Positions 52,065-63,961 of a stretch of 64,000 nucleotides of DNA are shown piece after piece. The number at the start of each line of letters is the position of its first letter. The stretch's first letter is position 1. Location of the stretch: assembly GCA_944392545.1 (NCBI GenBank), contig CALXWW010000008.1:323-64322 (forward strand), read 5' to 3'. This DNA is from an uncultured Clostridia bacterium (lineage in GTDB: Bacteria > Bacillota > Clostridia > TANB77 > CAG-508). The position numbers were made by a program, and so were the translations under genes. The notes below the pieces were generated by a model. It made no database searches. It was given only the letters and a program-made list of their open reading frames with translations, and was not told the DNA's origin.

Positions 52065-52724
52065 TTAATCTTTAGCTAAAGTTAATATTCCAATTTGTTT
52101 TATATTTGCTTTTGATATTTCTTTTATGCATGCTTCTATAGTAGCACCTGTTGTATATATATCATCAAATATTAAAATTTTTTTATTTTCTATTTTTTCT
52201 TTGTCTATCAATTTATATACATTTTTTACATTATTTTTTCTTTCTTCTTTATTTAAACTACTTTGTACTTTATTATTTTTTACTTTTATAAGAGTATTTT
52301 TATTCATCTCTATTCCTGTTGCTTTTGCTAGTTCTTTAGCAATTAGTTCACTTTGATTATATCCTCTCTTTGCCTTCTTTTTCTTATGTATTGGAACTGG
52401 GATTATTATATCATAACTTTGTATAAAATCAAAAGCTTTTTTATTTTTTACAATAAATTCACAAAATGTTTTATACAAATATGATTTGTTATTAAATTTA
52501 TAAGTAATAATTAATTTTCTTACTAATTCTTTATATTTAAATATATGTAACTTCTCTATTTCTTCATCTTTATATGTTCCATTTTTGTTAGTGCCTTCTA
52601 AAAATATAGCATATTTATATAATTCTTTTCCACATTTTTTACACAAATATCCTTCACCTAATTTATTACAAATTCCGCAATTAGGTAAAAAAATATATTC
52701 GAGAGCTTTTTCTAAAAGATTCAT
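52065..52724 (-). CDS. comFC: ComF family protein (ComFC-like phosphoribosyltransferase-domain competence protein)
   Basis: N-terminal Cys4 (CGIC...CKKC), a PRTase motif ILIFDDIYTTGATIEA, and a PVP..KK..RGYNQS segment. Confidence 0.8.
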   Translation of the reverse strand: MNLLEKALEYIFLPNCGICNKLGEGYLCKKCGKELYKYAIFLEGTNKNGTYKDEEIEKLHIFKYKELVRKLIITYKFNNKSYLYKTFCEFIVKNKKAFDFIQSYDIIIPVPIHKKKKAKRGYNQSELIAKELAKATGIEMNKNTLIKVKNNKVQSSLNKEERKNNVKNVYKLIDKEKIENKKILIFDDIYTTGATIEACIKEISKANIKQIGILTLAKD

Positions 52725-52789
52725 TTTGACCTCCTTTTATATTTCCCCCGAATATTTATTTTTATATTATTTTTTATTTGTTTCAGATT

Positions 52790-55167
52790 TTACATATTAA
52801 CTATTTTATATGTAAGCCCTGTATTTCTTTTTTTGTTGTCATTATTGTTTATCATAAAATCTATTATATTTTTACTTCCTATTACAATCAACATTTTCTT
52901 TGCTCTTGTCATACCTGTATATAACAAGTTCCTTGTAAGTAACATTGGTGCTGTTTGCCAAATCGGCATAATTACTACGTCAAACTCACTTCCGCTGAGC
53001 TTTATGTACTGTTATAGCATAAGCATGTTCTATTTGCTCTAGTTCATTATATTGATACCAAACCTCTTTATCATCATCAAATTTAATTTTAACTTGTTTG
53101 TTAAAATCATCTATAACTTCTATTGTACCAAATTCACCATTAAATACTCCACTTCCACTCTCAAAAAACGGTTCTTTTCTTTCCCAATATATATCATAAT
53201 TGTTTTTTATTTGCATTATCCTGTCACCTTCTCTAAAAAAGTTATCTCCAAATTTTTTCTCTCTTTTAAAATCCGATGATGGATTTACAGTATTCTGTAA
53301 CAATTTATTTAATTCTTTAGTTCCTAAATCTCCTTTTTTTGTAGGAGTTATTATTTGAATATTCTTCAAAAAGTCATAGTTTCCATAGTTTTTTAATCTT
53401 TCTCCACTTAAAGATAGAATATTGTATAATATTTTTTCTTTACTTCGTTCATCTACATAAAAGAAATCATCAATGAAATCTGTATTCTCTTGTTCATTTT
53501 TATTAGCTCTTAAGTTTTCTATTTCTTCTTTTGTTATAAAGCTTTCTCCTTCATTTACTCTGTGTGCATTCACTATTATTTTACTTTTAGCAGCTTGTCT
53601 AAATATTTTATTAAGTCTAATTGTAGTTATTCTCTCTGACTCAATAATATCCTTTAATACATTTCCTGGTCCTACTGATGGTAGTTGATCTATATCTCCT
53701 ACTAAAACCAACTTTGTTCCTTTATATAACGCTTTGCATAAATAATTCATTAAAAATATATCCACCATCGACATTTCATCCACAATTACTATATCTCCAT
53801 CAATTGGCGCTACAGAAAAATCTGGATTTATTCCTTGATTTTCATCTGAAATTTTTCCTATTTCTAATAATCTGTGTAATGTACTTGCTTCGTTTCCCGT
53901 TGCCTCTGTCATTTTTTTAGCAGCTCTTCCCGTAGGGGCACAAAGTACTGGTTTCATTTCATTATGTTTGAATATATCTATTATTGTTTTTATTATAGTA
54001 GTTTTACCAGTACCAGGTCCGGCCAGTGATAATACAAACATTGTTGTCGTTTATTGCTCTTATCGCCTCTAATTGTTTTTCTGATAATTCTATACTAGAT
54101 TTTTCTTCAAATAGTTTTAGTTCTTTTTCGAATCTATCTATTTTCTTTATATTTGTATATTTATCCAAATCTATCAAACGTCTTGCAACATTCTCTTCAG
54201 CTTTATAATACTGGTATAGATATACCCATTCTTCGCCATCTCTTTCTTCGATTACTAAATCTTCTTTTGCTTTCATAGTTATAATAGAATCTTCTATATC
54301 ATTTTCATTAACATTTAATAATTTTTTTACAAACTCTATTAATCCTCCATATTTTGTACAGCAATGGCCATTATATGTCATAAGTATCAGTGCATGCTTT
54401 ATACCACTTCTTATTCTTTTTTCATTGTTATACTCAAAACCAAGTCCTAATGCCATTTTATCAACTTGTTCAAAATCCACCTTATTAACTAAATCTACTA
54501 ATATATATGGATTACTTTCTATTTCATCTATTGCATTTATTCCTAACTCTTTATATATTTTTTCTGCATTTTGTGGACCTATACCAAATTTATCTAAAAA
54601 GCCAACTAATTGCCATACTTCCCAATTTTCTATAAAAGTATTTGCTATCTCTATTGCTTTTTCTTTTGTTATGCCTTTAACCTGTGCTAATTTTGATGGT
54701 TCAAATTTAAATACATTTATTGTATCTTCACCAAATGTATCTACAATATTTCTTGCAGTAGCAGGTCCAACTCCTTTTATTCCACAATTAGCAAGATAAT
54801 TTTCTAATGCTTTTGTTGTTTGTGGCATCATTTTTTCAAAAGTATCTACCTTAAACTGAGTACCGTATTCAGGATGCTCTATAAATTTTCCAATAACTTT
54901 AAGGGTATCTCCTATATTTACAAAAGGCAGATACCCTACTATTGTAGTTTCAGAATCTATGTTTCTAAATATATCATCTAGAATCTCTTTCATAGAATTA
55001 TCATACTCTAATTCTATTTGCTCATTTTCATCTTTACTAGACTCGTTTTTTTTACTTTTCTTTCTATTCTGTTTTATACTATCTTTATCCAGCTTAAAAA
55101 CAGCAATACAATAACTATTTATCTCATTTTTATATATAATTTCAATAACTTCTCCTTGTAATTCCAA
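52790..55167 (-). pseudogene. recD2: RecD2-like ATP-dependent DNA helicase (SF1B) interrupted by two +1 frameshifts, giving ORF fragments 54004..55167 and 52986..54041 plus an out-of-frame C-terminal ~65 aa
   Basis: N-terminal HhH (GIKGVGPATA). Walker A is split (..IITG | GPGTGKTT) at ~54022, within ggcCggacc. The C-terminal helicase motif is split (HKAQ | GSEFDVVIMP..) at ~52995, within cagCggaag. Deleting one C at each site gives a ~792-aa ORF. Confidence 0.8.
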
Positions 55168-55250
55168 ATGTATAACCTCTTTTTGATAAATTATGTTTTA
55201 AATTATATCACATAGAAAAATTATTTACAATAATTGTGTGTATCTTCATA

Positions 55251-55607
55251 TCAGTTAGCTTCTTTAACACTATCTATCACTTCTTTGCATTCTTTCCAAT
55301 TAACTACCTTTATTTCAGAATAGTCTTTACTTAATTTTTCTAATATTTTCATTGTATCATCTGTAGAATCTAAATCTGTTACAATTACATCCTTTACAAG
55401 TTCTTCTTTTCCATACAATATTCTAAATAACATTGTGCGTAAAAATCCCTCTATTTTATTTTCTTGATTTTTTGCAGCTACAATTATATATATACCATCC
55501 GACTTTAAATTTGTATATGTACAAATATATATAATATTTTTTATTATTTCACATAATCCATAAAGAGCAAAAGTCCATAATATTCCGTTTAATAAAAAAT
55601 CAAGCAT
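55251..55607 (-). CDS. Hypothetical protein (118 aa) with an N-terminal hydrophobic segment
   Basis: ORF between rplQ and recD2; weak resemblance to the N-terminus of GT-A glycosyltransferases. Confidence 0.35.
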   Translation of the reverse strand: MLDFLLNGILWTFALYGLCEIIKNIIYICTYTNLKSDGIYIIVAAKNQENKIEGFLRTMLFRILYGKEELVKDVIVTDLDSTDDTMKILEKLSKDYSEIKVVNWKECKEVIDSVKEAN

Positions 55608-55829
55608 TATTTTACCTCCACTACTACTATTATAAAATATGCAACTTTTTTATATATTTTATGTTGTATATTTATTTTTGTGATTAGGTATATAATTGTT
55701 TGCTTTCACAATTTTTTTATATCTTATTTTGCGCTTACCAAACTATTATCTTTTTATAATCCTGTTTCCAAATGTGATAAACACAAAAAAATACTACCTA
55801 TTTTGGTAGCATTTTTTTCTTCATTCACC

Positions 55830-56387
55830 TTATACTAATTGTAATATAACTACTTCTGCTGCGTCTCCTCTTCTTTGTCCAAGTTTTAAGATTCTTGTAT
55901 ATCCTCCAACTCTTCCTTCATATTTAGGTGCTATTTCGTTAAATAGCTTTGCAGTTAAGTCTATATTGTTTCCATTTTCGTCTTTTACTTTATTTAATGT
56001 TTTCATCATTTTTCTTCTTGCATTTAATCTTGATGGCATATCTTTTTGTCTTTTTTCAGTAGTTTCTTCTTTAACTACTTTTAGATATTCTTTACCATTT
56101 TTACTCTTTGCAAGTTCTGTTACTTTATTTCCCTTAGCGTCAAGTTTTGCTTTTGAAACTTTTACATCAACTGTTTCAAAATTATCTTTTTCTTTCATAG
56201 CTAGAGAAATTAAGCTGTCAGCTATTGCTTTTACTTCTTTTGCTCTAGCTTCTGTTGTTTCTATTTTTCCATGTAATATTAAATCAGTAGTTAGAGTTTT
56301 AAGCATAGCTAATCTAATATCTGTTGTTCTGCCTAATTTTCTATTAGTTGCCACGGTTTTTCCCTCCTCTTTATGATACTTTCTCAT
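55830..56387 (-). CDS. rplQ: 50S ribosomal protein L17, atypically long (185 aa) with a ~50-aa Lys-rich internal insertion
   Basis: L17 core ([37 protein letters not shown]...[28 protein letters not shown]) in the expected position after rpoA. Confidence 0.85.
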   Translation of the reverse strand: MRKYHKEEGKTVATNRKLGRTTDIRLAMLKTLTTDLILHGKIETTEARAKEVKAIADSLISLAMKEKDNFETVDVKVSKAKLDAKGNKVTELAKSKNGKEYLKVVKEETTEKRQKDMPSRLNARRKMMKTLNKVKDENGNNIDLTAKLFNEIAPKYEGRVGGYTRILKLGQRRGDAAEVVILQLV

Positions 56388-56409
56388 TATTTTTATTTAA
56401 AAAATCTTT

Positions 56410-57357
56410 TTACTCATCATCTTTTCTGAAGTCTAATCCTAATGCATGAAGTTTGTTAGTTACTTCATCTAAAGATTTCTTTCCTAAATTTCTAACTTTC
56501 ATCATATCTGCTTCAGATTTATTTGTCAAATCTTCAACTGTAGATATTCCAGCTCTTTTTAAACAGTTAAATGATCTTACAGATAATTCAAGATCTTCTA
56601 TTGACATTTCTAGTACTCTTTCTTTCTTGTTTTCTTCTTTTTCAATCATTACTTGAGTATTTTTTGCAGTTTCTGATAAGTCTATAAATAGCTCTAAATG
56701 ACCAGTCATAACTTTAGCAGCTAAACTTAATGCTTCATATGGTTTTAAGCTTCCATCTGTCCAAACTTCTATAGTTAATTTATCATAATCTACTCTTTGT
56801 CCAACTCTTGTGTTTTCAACAGAGTAATTTACTTTTTTAACTGGTGTATATATTGAGTCTATTGGTAACACACCTATTGCTTGATCTGGTTTTTTGTTTT
56901 TTTCAGCATTGTTATATCCTCTACCCATATCAGCTGTTAGTTCCATCTTTAGTGTTCCACCTTCTGAAACTGTTGCTATATGTAAATCTGGATTTAAAAT
57001 TTCTACTGTTCCATCTGTAATTATGTCTCCTGCTTTTACTTCTCCAGGTTGTTTAACATCTATTCTTAATGTTTTTTCTTCGTTTTTATCTAATTTTAAT
57101 CTAACATTTTTTAGATTAATAACTATTTCTGGAACATCCTCTACTACATTTGGTATTGTAGAAAACTCATGTAAAACACCCTCTATCTTTACACTTGTAA
57201 TAGCACTTCCAGGAAGTGAAGATAGTAATATTCTTCTTAATGAATTTCCAATTGTTATTCCATAACCTCTCTCTAATGGCTCACATACAAATTTTGCATA
57301 ATTACTATCATTGTCAATTTCTAAGCATTTGATATTTGGTCTTTCAAATTCTATCAT
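56410..57357 (-). CDS. rpoA: DNA-directed RNA polymerase subunit alpha
   Basis: 315 aa with canonical N-terminal and C-terminal domain motifs ([28 protein letters not shown]). Confidence 0.96.
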   Translation of the reverse strand: MIEFERPNIKCLEIDNDSNYAKFVCEPLERGYGITIGNSLRRILLSSLPGSAITSVKIEGVLHEFSTIPNVVEDVPEIVINLKNVRLKLDKNEEKTLRIDVKQPGEVKAGDIITDGTVEILNPDLHIATVSEGGTLKMELTADMGRGYNNAEKNKKPDQAIGVLPIDSIYTPVKKVNYSVENTRVGQRVDYDKLTIEVWTDGSLKPYEALSLAAKVMTGHLELFIDLSETAKNTQVMIEKEENKKERVLEMSIEDLELSVRSFNCLKRAGISTVEDLTNKSEADMMKVRNLGKKSLDEVTNKLHALGLDFRKDDE

Positions 57358-57486
57358 TTTTACCTCCTAATTTTTTAGAAGTTAGAGGTTGGTAGTTAAA
57401 CTTTATTTAACTTTTACCCTACTTCATCTTTTATTTAATTTTAGAAACTTCTTATTTCTAAATTTTATTCTTCTAACTTCTAGCTA

Positions 57487-58113
57487 TTATTTAGAGTAAA
57501 GCTCTACTATTAAGTGTTCTTCTACTGGTAGATCTATTTCTTCTCTTTCTGCTAATCTAACAACTTTACCACTTAATTTTTCTGCATCTTTTTCAAGCCA
57601 TGCTGGAACTGGTCTTGCTATGTTTTCTTCTACATTAGCTTTAATAGTTCCATTATCTTTTCTAATTTCTCTTACAGAAATTACATCTCCTGCTTTTACT
57701 AAATATGATGGTATATCAACCTTTTGTCCATTAACTTCAAAAGCACCATGTGTTATAAGCATTCTTGATTGTGCTCTTGAACTTCCAAAACCTAGTCTAT
57801 ATACTACATTATCTAATCTACTTTCTAATATTTGAAGTAATACTTCACCTGTAATACCTTTTTCTGTTAAAGCCATTTCAAAGTATTTTCTAAATTGTTT
57901 TTCACTTACACCATAGTAAGCTTTAGTTTTTTGTTTTTCTCTTAATTGAGTACCATATTCAGAAAGTTTTTTCTTCTTTTGGCCATTTTGTCCTGGTGCA
58001 TAATTTCTTCTTGATATGCTACATTTGTCTGTATAGCATCTTGAACCTTTTAAAAACAATTTCTGTCCTTCTCTACGGCAAATACGGCATTGTTCATCTT
58101 TATATCTTGCCAT
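57487..58113 (-). CDS. rpsD: 30S ribosomal protein S4
   Basis: [23 protein letters not shown]... Confidence 0.96.
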   Translation of the reverse strand: MARYKDEQCRICRREGQKLFLKGSRCYTDKCSISRRNYAPGQNGQKKKKLSEYGTQLREKQKTKAYYGVSEKQFRKYFEMALTEKGITGEVLLQILESRLDNVVYRLGFGSSRAQSRMLITHGAFEVNGQKVDIPSYLVKAGDVISVREIRKDNGTIKANVEENIARPVPAWLEKDAEKLSGKVVRLAEREEIDLPVEEHLIVELYSK

Positions 58114-58160
58114 TTTTAATTTTCACCTTCCTATTTTATTTGTCTATTTTAATTTTTATT

Positions 58161-58556
58161 CTAAACTCTTCTTCTTTTTGGTGGTCTACAACCATTGTGT
58201 GGTATTGGAGTTACATCCTTAATACTACTAATTTCTAATCCTGCTGATTGTAATGACCTAATTGCTGCTTCACGTCCAGAACCTGGTCCTTTAACATAAA
58301 CTTCTACTGATTTTAGTCCATGTTCCATTGCTGCTTTAGCTGCTGTTTCTGCTGCTTCTCCTGCTGCAAATGGTGTGCTCTTTCTTGAACCTTTAAACCC
58401 AAGTTCTCCGGCACTTGCCCAAGATAATACATTACCTTGAGTATCGCTTATTGTAACTATTGTATTATTAAAACTAGAATGAATATGAGCCATACCTTTT
58501 TCTATATTTTTTCTGTCTCTTCTTCTAGTTACTTTTTTTGTTACATTTTTAGCCAT
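58161..58556 (-). CDS. rpsK: 30S ribosomal protein S11
   Basis: 131 aa; conserved motifs [16 protein letters not shown] and [11 protein letters not shown]. Confidence 0.96.
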   Translation of the reverse strand: MAKNVTKKVTRRRDRKNIEKGMAHIHSSFNNTIVTISDTQGNVLSWASAGELGFKGSRKSTPFAAGEAAETAAKAAMEHGLKSVEVYVKGPGSGREAAIRSLQSAGLEISSIKDVTPIPHNGCRPPKRRRV

Positions 58557-58628
58557 TTTAGTTTTTCCTCCTTTTTAGAAATATTCCTATTCTGTAAAAC
58601 TCTTTTTTAGTTATCTTATAATTTAAAT

Positions 58629-58997
58629 TTATGCTTTTTTGCTTTTACTTACTAGTTTTCTAGGACCTTTTCTTGTACGAGCATTAGTTTTTGTTCTTTG
58701 TCCTCTAACAGGTAAACCTCTTCTATGTCTTAAACCTCTATAGCATCCTATTTCTGTAAGTCTTTTAATATTTAAAGCAACTTCTCTACGTAAGTCTCCT
58801 TCTACTTTATAACCTTCCATAGCTTTTCTTATTGCTGCTACTTGGTCATCTGTTAAATCTTTAACTCTTATGTCTGGATTTACGTCTGCTGCTTTTAATA
58901 TTTTTTGTGAGCTTGTTAAACCTATACCATAAATATATGTTAATCCAATCTCAACTCTTTTTTCTCTAGGTAAATCAACTCCTGCTAAACGAGCCAT
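58629..58997 (-). CDS. rpsM: 30S ribosomal protein S13
   Basis: Start set to [10 protein letters not shown] (the track ORF begins 6 codons upstream). Confidence 0.93.
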   Translation of the reverse strand: MARLAGVDLPREKRVEIGLTYIYGIGLTSSQKILKAADVNPDIRVKDLTDDQVAAIRKAMEGYKVEGDLRREVALNIKRLTEIGCYRGLRHRRGLPVRGQRTKTNARTRKGPRKLVSKSKKA

Positions 58998-59206
58998 AAT
59001 TTTTAGCACCTCCACTTTGTTTTGTTTCTTTTTTCATTTTTTATTTATTTGTTTGGACTTTATTAAAGGTGAAATGCACTGATTTCTTATGAATCAGTCT
59101 TTAATATGTTTTCAAACAATATATAGAACACAAACCCGATATATAACTGTTAGATTATATTCTAACAGTTACAGCCGCTAATCTAGATTTGTGTTATTAA
59201 CAATAA

Positions 59207-59320
59207 TTATCCTTGTCTTTGTTTGTGTTTAGGGTTTTCACAAATAACTCTAATTACACCTTTTCTTTTTATTACTTTGCATTTTTCACATATTGGTTTT
59301 ACTGATGGTCTTACTTTCAT
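59207..59320 (-). CDS. rpmJ: 50S ribosomal protein L36
   Basis: Hand-translated 37 aa, [37 protein letters not shown]; not in the ORF track. Confidence 0.9.
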   Translation of the reverse strand: MKVRPSVKPICEKCKVIKRKGVIRVICENPKHKQRQG

Positions 59321-59380
59321 TTTTTACACCTCACTATTTTAGAATATTATATATATATGTTTTTTGGGTTAATCTATTTT

Positions 59381-59599
59381 TTATTTAGCTCTCCATGTAA
59401 TTCTTCCACGATTTAAATCATAAGGAGATAACTCTACTTTAACTTTATCTCCAGGAAGAATTTTTATATAATTCATTCTTAATTTTCCTGAAATATGAGC
59501 TAATATTTGATGTCCATTTTCAAGTTCTACTTTAAATGTAGTATTAGGTAAAGTTTCAACAACTGTTCCCTCTACTTCTATAACATCCTCTTTTGACAT
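59381..59599 (-). CDS. infA: Translation initiation factor IF-1
   Basis: [30 protein letters not shown]..; start set to the internal Met. Confidence 0.93.
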   Translation of the reverse strand: MSKEDVIEVEGTVVETLPNTTFKVELENGHQILAHISGKLRMNYIKILPGDKVKVELSPYDLNRGRITWRAK

Positions 59600-59664
59600 G
59601 TTTCCCTCCATTTTTAGTCAATTATACTATTTTACAATAAATACCTGTATAGTATATAACAAAA

Positions 59665-60435
59665 TTAAACTAATGTCAAGACTTCTGGCTCTTTTTCTGT
59701 AATTAAGATTGTATTTTCATAATGTGCAGATAAGCTTCCATCTTGTGTAAGAATAGTCCATCCGTCATAATCTTGATATATATCTCGCGCCCCTGCTATA
59801 ACCATAGGTTCTATCGCTAGCGTCATACCTGGCTCTAGCCTTATTCCTCTTCCTGCTTTACCATAGTTTGGTATACCCGGATCTTCATGCATTTCTCTTC
59901 CGATTCCATGTCCTTGAAATTCTCTTACTACATTATATCCATGACTTTCTACAAATTCTCCTATTGCATGAGATATATCTCCTATTCTATTACCTTTTAC
60001 AGCATACTTTATTCCTTCAAAAAATGCCTTTTTAGTTATATCTACTAATTTTTTTGCCTCATCTGAACCATTTCCCACTATGAATGTTCTTGCTGCATCC
60101 CCATTATATCCATCTTTGTATACAACTAAATCTATACTAACTACATCACCATCTTGTATTACTTTTTTATGAGATGGTATTCCATGGATTACTTCATCAT
60201 TTATTGATATACATAATGTTGCTGGGAACGGAGGTACTCCTCTCATACCGCTTGGATATCCTTTCTGTGCAGGTATTCCTCCATTTTCCTTGATTATCTT
60301 TTCAGCAAACTTGTCTAATTCCATAGTAGTCATTCCTGGTTTAATAATTTTTTCTATTTCTTTGTATACTAAACTTGTGACTCTACAAGCTTCTTTCATT
60401 AATTTAATTTCTTTTTCTGATTTTATAGTAACCAC
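59665..60435 (-). CDS. map: Type I methionine aminopeptidase
   Basis: 256 aa with metal-ligand motifs (D..D..H..E..E pattern). Confidence 0.94.
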   Translation of the reverse strand: MVTIKSEKEIKLMKEACRVTSLVYKEIEKIIKPGMTTMELDKFAEKIIKENGGIPAQKGYPSGMRGVPPFPATLCISINDEVIHGIPSHKKVIQDGDVVSIDLVVYKDGYNGDAARTFIVGNGSDEAKKLVDITKKAFFEGIKYAVKGNRIGDISHAIGEFVESHGYNVVREFQGHGIGREMHEDPGIPNYGKAGRGIRLEPGMTLAIEPMVIAGARDIYQDYDGWTILTQDGSLSAHYENTILITEKEPEVLTLV

Positions 60436-60441
60436 TTTTTT

Positions 60442-61104
60442 CTACTTCCTTTTATATTCCTCTAGAAAACTTTTAATATCTTTTACTGCAGTTTCAACTT
60501 CTTTTGGATAAATTGAATATAATGCATTGTTTTTTCTATAAAAATCTACTAAATCTTTAGAATTTCGACGATAAATTTCCAATCTTTTTGTAACTGTTTC
60601 TTTATTATCGTCATCTCTTCTTTTTAATTCTCCACCACAGATATCGCATATTCCTTCTTTTTTTGGTGGTTTTGTTTCTTTATTATATATTGCACCACAA
60701 GATTTATTTGAACAAATTAGTCTATTTACAACTCTTCTAATTATTTCATCATCTGGGACATCCAATTCTATAGCTACTCTTTTAGCATCTGGTTTATTTT
60801 CTTTTAAGAAATTCTTTAAAGCTTCTGCTTGCATAGCTGTTCTAGGAAATCCATCAAGAATTGCACCATTTTCAACATCTTTTTCTAATAATCTTGTTTT
60901 TACAGTTTCGATGACCACGTCATCTGGAACTAATGCCCCACTTTCCATATATCTTTGTATTCTTTCTCCAAGTTCTGTTTTTCTACTTATTTGGTCTCTA
61001 AATATATCTCCTGTTGAAACATGTGTTAATCCTAAATCATTTGATAAGATTTTACCAATTGTTCCTTTTCCACTACCTGGGGCACCTAGCATTACTATAT
61101 ACAT
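60442..61104 (-). CDS. adk: Adenylate kinase
   Basis: GAPGSGKGT P-loop plus a Cys4 LID domain (CSNKSCG...CDICGG). Start set to MYIVMLGAPG rather than the 246-aa upstream Met. Confidence 0.92.
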   Translation of the reverse strand: MYIVMLGAPGSGKGTIGKILSNDLGLTHVSTGDIFRDQISRKTELGERIQRYMESGALVPDDVVIETVKTRLLEKDVENGAILDGFPRTAMQAEALKNFLKENKPDAKRVAIELDVPDDEIIRRVVNRLICSNKSCGAIYNKETKPPKKEGICDICGGELKRRDDDNKETVTKRLEIYRRNSKDLVDFYRKNNALYSIYPKEVETAVKDIKSFLEEYKRK

Positions 61105-61274
61105 TGTAATCACAACTCCTAATTCCATTAACTTAATTTTGTTATATATTTTAATATTGATAAACACATAAACTCGTTCCATGTTTTTACATGTTGTACA
61201 TAATTATATCTTATCAGATTTATATTAAAATGTACAACATGTATATGGAACTAGCTATTATTTTTTATTTTATT

Positions 61275-62618
61275 CTATTCTAAGAATCCTTTGTAATGTC
61301 TCATTACTAATTGAGATTCTAGTTGTTGTATTGTCTCTAGCGCAACTCCTACAACAATTAATATTGAAGTTCCTCCAAATGCTATATTAACTCCTGGTAT
61401 GAATTTCATAAGCATTGGAAGTATTGCAATTATTGCTAGATATAGTCCACCAAACCATGTTAGCTTACCTATTATAGCTGATAAGTAATCTGTTGTTGGT
61501 TTTCCTGCTCTTATTCCTGGGATAAATCCACCATTTCTCTTTATATTGCTTGATACTTCTGCTGGATTAAATGTTGCATATGTATAAAAAAATGTAAATC
61601 CTACTATTAGCAATAAGTATACAACTGCATTTGCTATAGTATATCCCCAACCAACTGTTGAAATTGATGAAGCTATTGAGAAATTATATATTACACTCCA
61701 AAAACCTGTCTGACTAGTTATATCTGGTATAAACATTTGAATAATCATTGCTGGAAATGTTAAGAATGATGATGCAAAGATTATTGGCATTACACCTGCC
61801 ATAACTAATTTTAAAGGTATATGTGTGTTTTGAGCCCCTACCATTTTTCTTCCAACTACTCTTTTTGAGTATTGTACCGGAACTCTTCTTTCAGCTTGTT
61901 GTACAAATACAACTGCTGCCACTAATATAATAGCACCTACTATCATTGCGATTGAAATTAATAATCCTTGTGTTGAGAATTCTCTTGTTATTGGATTCTC
62001 AGATATTATTGGCATTATTAAATTCCAAATAGAAGTTACTGCACTAGGTAAACCTGCTACTATACCTACAAATATAATCATTGAAATTCCATTACCAATT
62101 CCTTTATTAGTAATTTCATCTCCAAGCCACATAAGTAAAGCTGTACCAGCCATTAATGATATAACAACTGTTGCACCTGTAATGAAACCATTATTTATGA
62201 ATATTCCTAATGAATTATATGATAAATATAACGCTAAACCTTCAATTAAAGCTAGAAATACAGTAAGAATTTTTGTATATTTATTAATTTTCTTTCTGCC
62301 TTCTTCTCCTCCCTCTTTAGTTAATCTCTCTAAAGCAGGGATTACCATACTTAATAATTGAATTACGATTGATGCAGTAATGTATGGGCTTATAGACATT
62401 GCAAAGATAGAAAATCTTGAAAAAGCCCCACCTGAAATCAAGTCTATAAGTGCTGCCATACCATTTGTTTCTCCAAAAGCTTCACTTAATGCAAAAGTAT
62501 CAACTCCTGGAACTGTTATATAACAACCTAATCTGAATATTACTATTAATAGTAATGTGTATAATAATTTTTTTCTAACGTCTGGTGTTTTTAGTGCATT
62601 TTTTATAGTTTTAAACAA
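61275..62618 (-). CDS. secY: Preprotein translocase subunit SecY
   Basis: 447 aa, 10 TM helices, conserved SecY motifs. Confidence 0.96.
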   Translation of the reverse strand: MFKTIKNALKTPDVRKKLLYTLLLIVIFRLGCYITVPGVDTFALSEAFGETNGMAALIDLISGGAFSRFSIFAMSISPYITASIVIQLLSMVIPALERLTKEGGEEGRKKINKYTKILTVFLALIEGLALYLSYNSLGIFINNGFITGATVVISLMAGTALLMWLGDEITNKGIGNGISMIIFVGIVAGLPSAVTSIWNLIMPIISENPITREFSTQGLLISIAMIVGAIILVAAVVFVQQAERRVPVQYSKRVVGRKMVGAQNTHIPLKLVMAGVMPIIFASSFLTFPAMIIQMFIPDITSQTGFWSVIYNFSIASSISTVGWGYTIANAVVYLLLIVGFTFFYTYATFNPAEVSSNIKRNGGFIPGIRAGKPTTDYLSAIIGKLTWFGGLYLAIIAILPMLMKFIPGVNIAFGGTSILIVVGVALETIQQLESQLVMRHYKGFLE

Positions 62619-63053
62619 CTAAATCACCTCTGCCTTTCCTCCTAAAGCTTCTATTTTTTCGATAGCTGCTTTAGTAAATCTTACAGCCTTAACTGTTAAT
62701 TTTTTCTCTAATTTTCCGGTTGCAAGTATTACTATTCCGTCATTAGCTTTACTTATTATTCTATCTTTAATTAAGCTTTCAGCTGTAACTTCTTCAGTTG
62801 TAGCTTTATTAAGCATTGTTAAAGTTACTTCTGTATAATTTTTAGCATGGATGTTTGTAAAACCTCTTTTTGGTAGTCTTCTATATAATGGTGTTTGACC
62901 ACCTTCAAAACCTCTTCTTACACCACCACCAGATCTTGCTTTTTGACCTTTATGACCTCTTCCTGAAGTCTTTCCTAATCCAGAACCAATTCCACGACCT
63001 ACTCTAGTTCTAGTCTTATTTTTTTGTGCTGGCTTTAATTCGTCTAATTTCAT
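62619..63053 (-). CDS. rplO: 50S ribosomal protein L15
   Basis: [37 protein letters not shown]. Confidence 0.95.
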   Translation of the reverse strand: MKLDELKPAQKNKTRTRVGRGIGSGLGKTSGRGHKGQKARSGGGVRRGFEGGQTPLYRRLPKRGFTNIHAKNYTEVTLTMLNKATTEEVTAESLIKDRIISKANDGIVILATGKLEKKLTVKAVRFTKAAIEKIEALGGKAEVI

Positions 63054-63087
63054 CTTGTTATCACACCTCCTACTTTTTAAATTTATT

Positions 63088-63579
63088 CTATAAAATCTCT
63101 TCTACTTTTTTACCTCTTTTTTTAGCTACAGTTTCTATAGTTTGCATAGCTTTTAATCCTTCTATTGTAGCATAAACAACATTTCTTGGATTATTTGTTC
63201 CTATTATTTTTGTTCTTATATTTCTATATCCAGCAAGTTCTAGAACAGGTCTAACACTACCACCTGCTATAATTCCAGTACCTTCTTCAGCTGGTTTTAA
63301 TAATACACTAGCACTTCCAAATTTTCCAACATATTCATGTGGTATTGTTGTACTAACGATTGGAACTGTTACTAAATTCTTTTTAGCATCTTCAATAGCT
63401 TTTTTAATAGCATCTGGAACTTCTGATGCTTTTCCGTTTCCTACGCCAACGTGTCCATTTTCGTCACCCACAACAACTACTGCACTAAATCTGAAAGTTC
63501 TACCACCTTTAACAACCTTTGCAACTCTATTAATAGCTACAACTTTTTCTTTTAATTCAGATGAATTTTCTGATTGCAC
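63088..63579 (-). CDS. rpsE: 30S ribosomal protein S5
   Basis: [25 protein letters not shown]. Confidence 0.96.
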   Translation of the reverse strand: MQSENSSELKEKVVAINRVAKVVKGGRTFRFSAVVVVGDENGHVGVGNGKASEVPDAIKKAIEDAKKNLVTVPIVSTTIPHEYVGKFGSASVLLKPAEEGTGIIAGGSVRPVLELAGYRNIRTKIIGTNNPRNVVYATIEGLKAMQTIETVAKKRGKKVEEIL

Positions 63580-63601
63580 TTTTCTTTCCTCCTTTTCTTA
63601 A

Positions 63602-63961
63602 TTAGAATTCTAATCCGCCTTCTCTTGCAGCTTCAGCTAGTTCTTTAACAACTCCGTGATATATATATCCGCCTCTATCAAAAACTACTGTTTTAATTTT
63701 CTTTTCCATTGCTCTTTTAGCAATTAATGTTCCTACTTCTTTTGCTGCTTCTTTATTAGCTTTTTTAGTTTTTACTTCTTTGTCTAATGTTGAAGCTTGA
63801 GCTAAAGTAACACCTTTTACGTCATCTATTACTTGAACATATAAATTGCTATTGCTTCTAAATACGCATAATCTTGGACATTCTGCTGTTCCAGAAACTT
63901 TTCTACGTACTCTTTTATGTCTTCTTATTCTTTCAGCTTTTCTATCTGTTTTTGTAATCAT
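63602..63961 (-). CDS. rplR: 50S ribosomal protein L18
   Basis: 119 aa; AAGGAG RBS. Confidence 0.95.
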   Translation of the reverse strand: MITKTDRKAERIRRHKRVRRKVSGTAECPRLCVFRSNSNLYVQVIDDVKGVTLAQASTLDKEVKTKKANKEAAKEVGTLIAKRAMEKKIKTVVFDRGGYIYHGVVKELAEAAREGGLEF

